Positions 63,933-64,000 of a DNA stretch of 64,000 nt are shown piece by piece. The number at the start of each line of letters is the position of its first letter. The stretch's first letter is position 1. The notes under the pieces were generated by a model. That model worked only from the letters and a program-made list of their open reading frames with translations, did not search any database and was not told where the DNA came from. Source of the stretch: Octopus sinensis (lineage: Eukaryota); NCBI RefSeq assembly GCF_006345805.1, contig NC_042998.1, forward strand, positions 85,622,001-85,686,000. The letters run 5' to 3'. A program made the translations under genes and the position numbers.

Positions 63933-64000
63933 GTATGTATATATGTATGTATGTATGTACGCATGTCATCATCGTCATCATCCATCATTTTGAATCTGGG

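Overview
AT-rich, repeat-dense eukaryotic DNA. The microsatellite and SINE/LINE content looks like an Octopus (coleoid cephalopod) genome; that is pattern recognition, not a database hit. The one complete gene is protein disulfide-isomerase (P4HB/PDIA1-like) on the minus strand, traced by hand. It has 11 coding exons from 40910 to 8481, all GT-AG introns, and a 1491-nt CDS (496 aa). The protein has a signal peptide, two WCGHC active sites and an acidic tail ending HSEL. A convergent gene contributes only its apparent last coding exon (1537-1626, +). The PDI promoter and first intron carry ERSE-like, UPRE/XBP1-like, CRE-like and ETS motifs. The introns and the ~23 kb upstream are filled with mobile DNA: a young 5'-truncated RTE LINE with an open RT frame containing a PHD-type finger, many RTE 3'-UTR copies, tRNA-headed SINEs, mariner and maT transposons with derived MITEs, R4/Dong-like fragments in (TACA)n arrays, CR1 and gypsy relics, and Penelope-like ends with decayed hammerhead motifs. 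Most short ORFs in the track are microsatellite or repeat artefacts. I found no convincing wholly new multi-gene system. The best leads are the PHD-bearing RTE, a ~315-bp intronic hairpin, hammerhead relics, a microsatellite-associated RLE retroelement nest, and a transposon-anchored inverted duplication.
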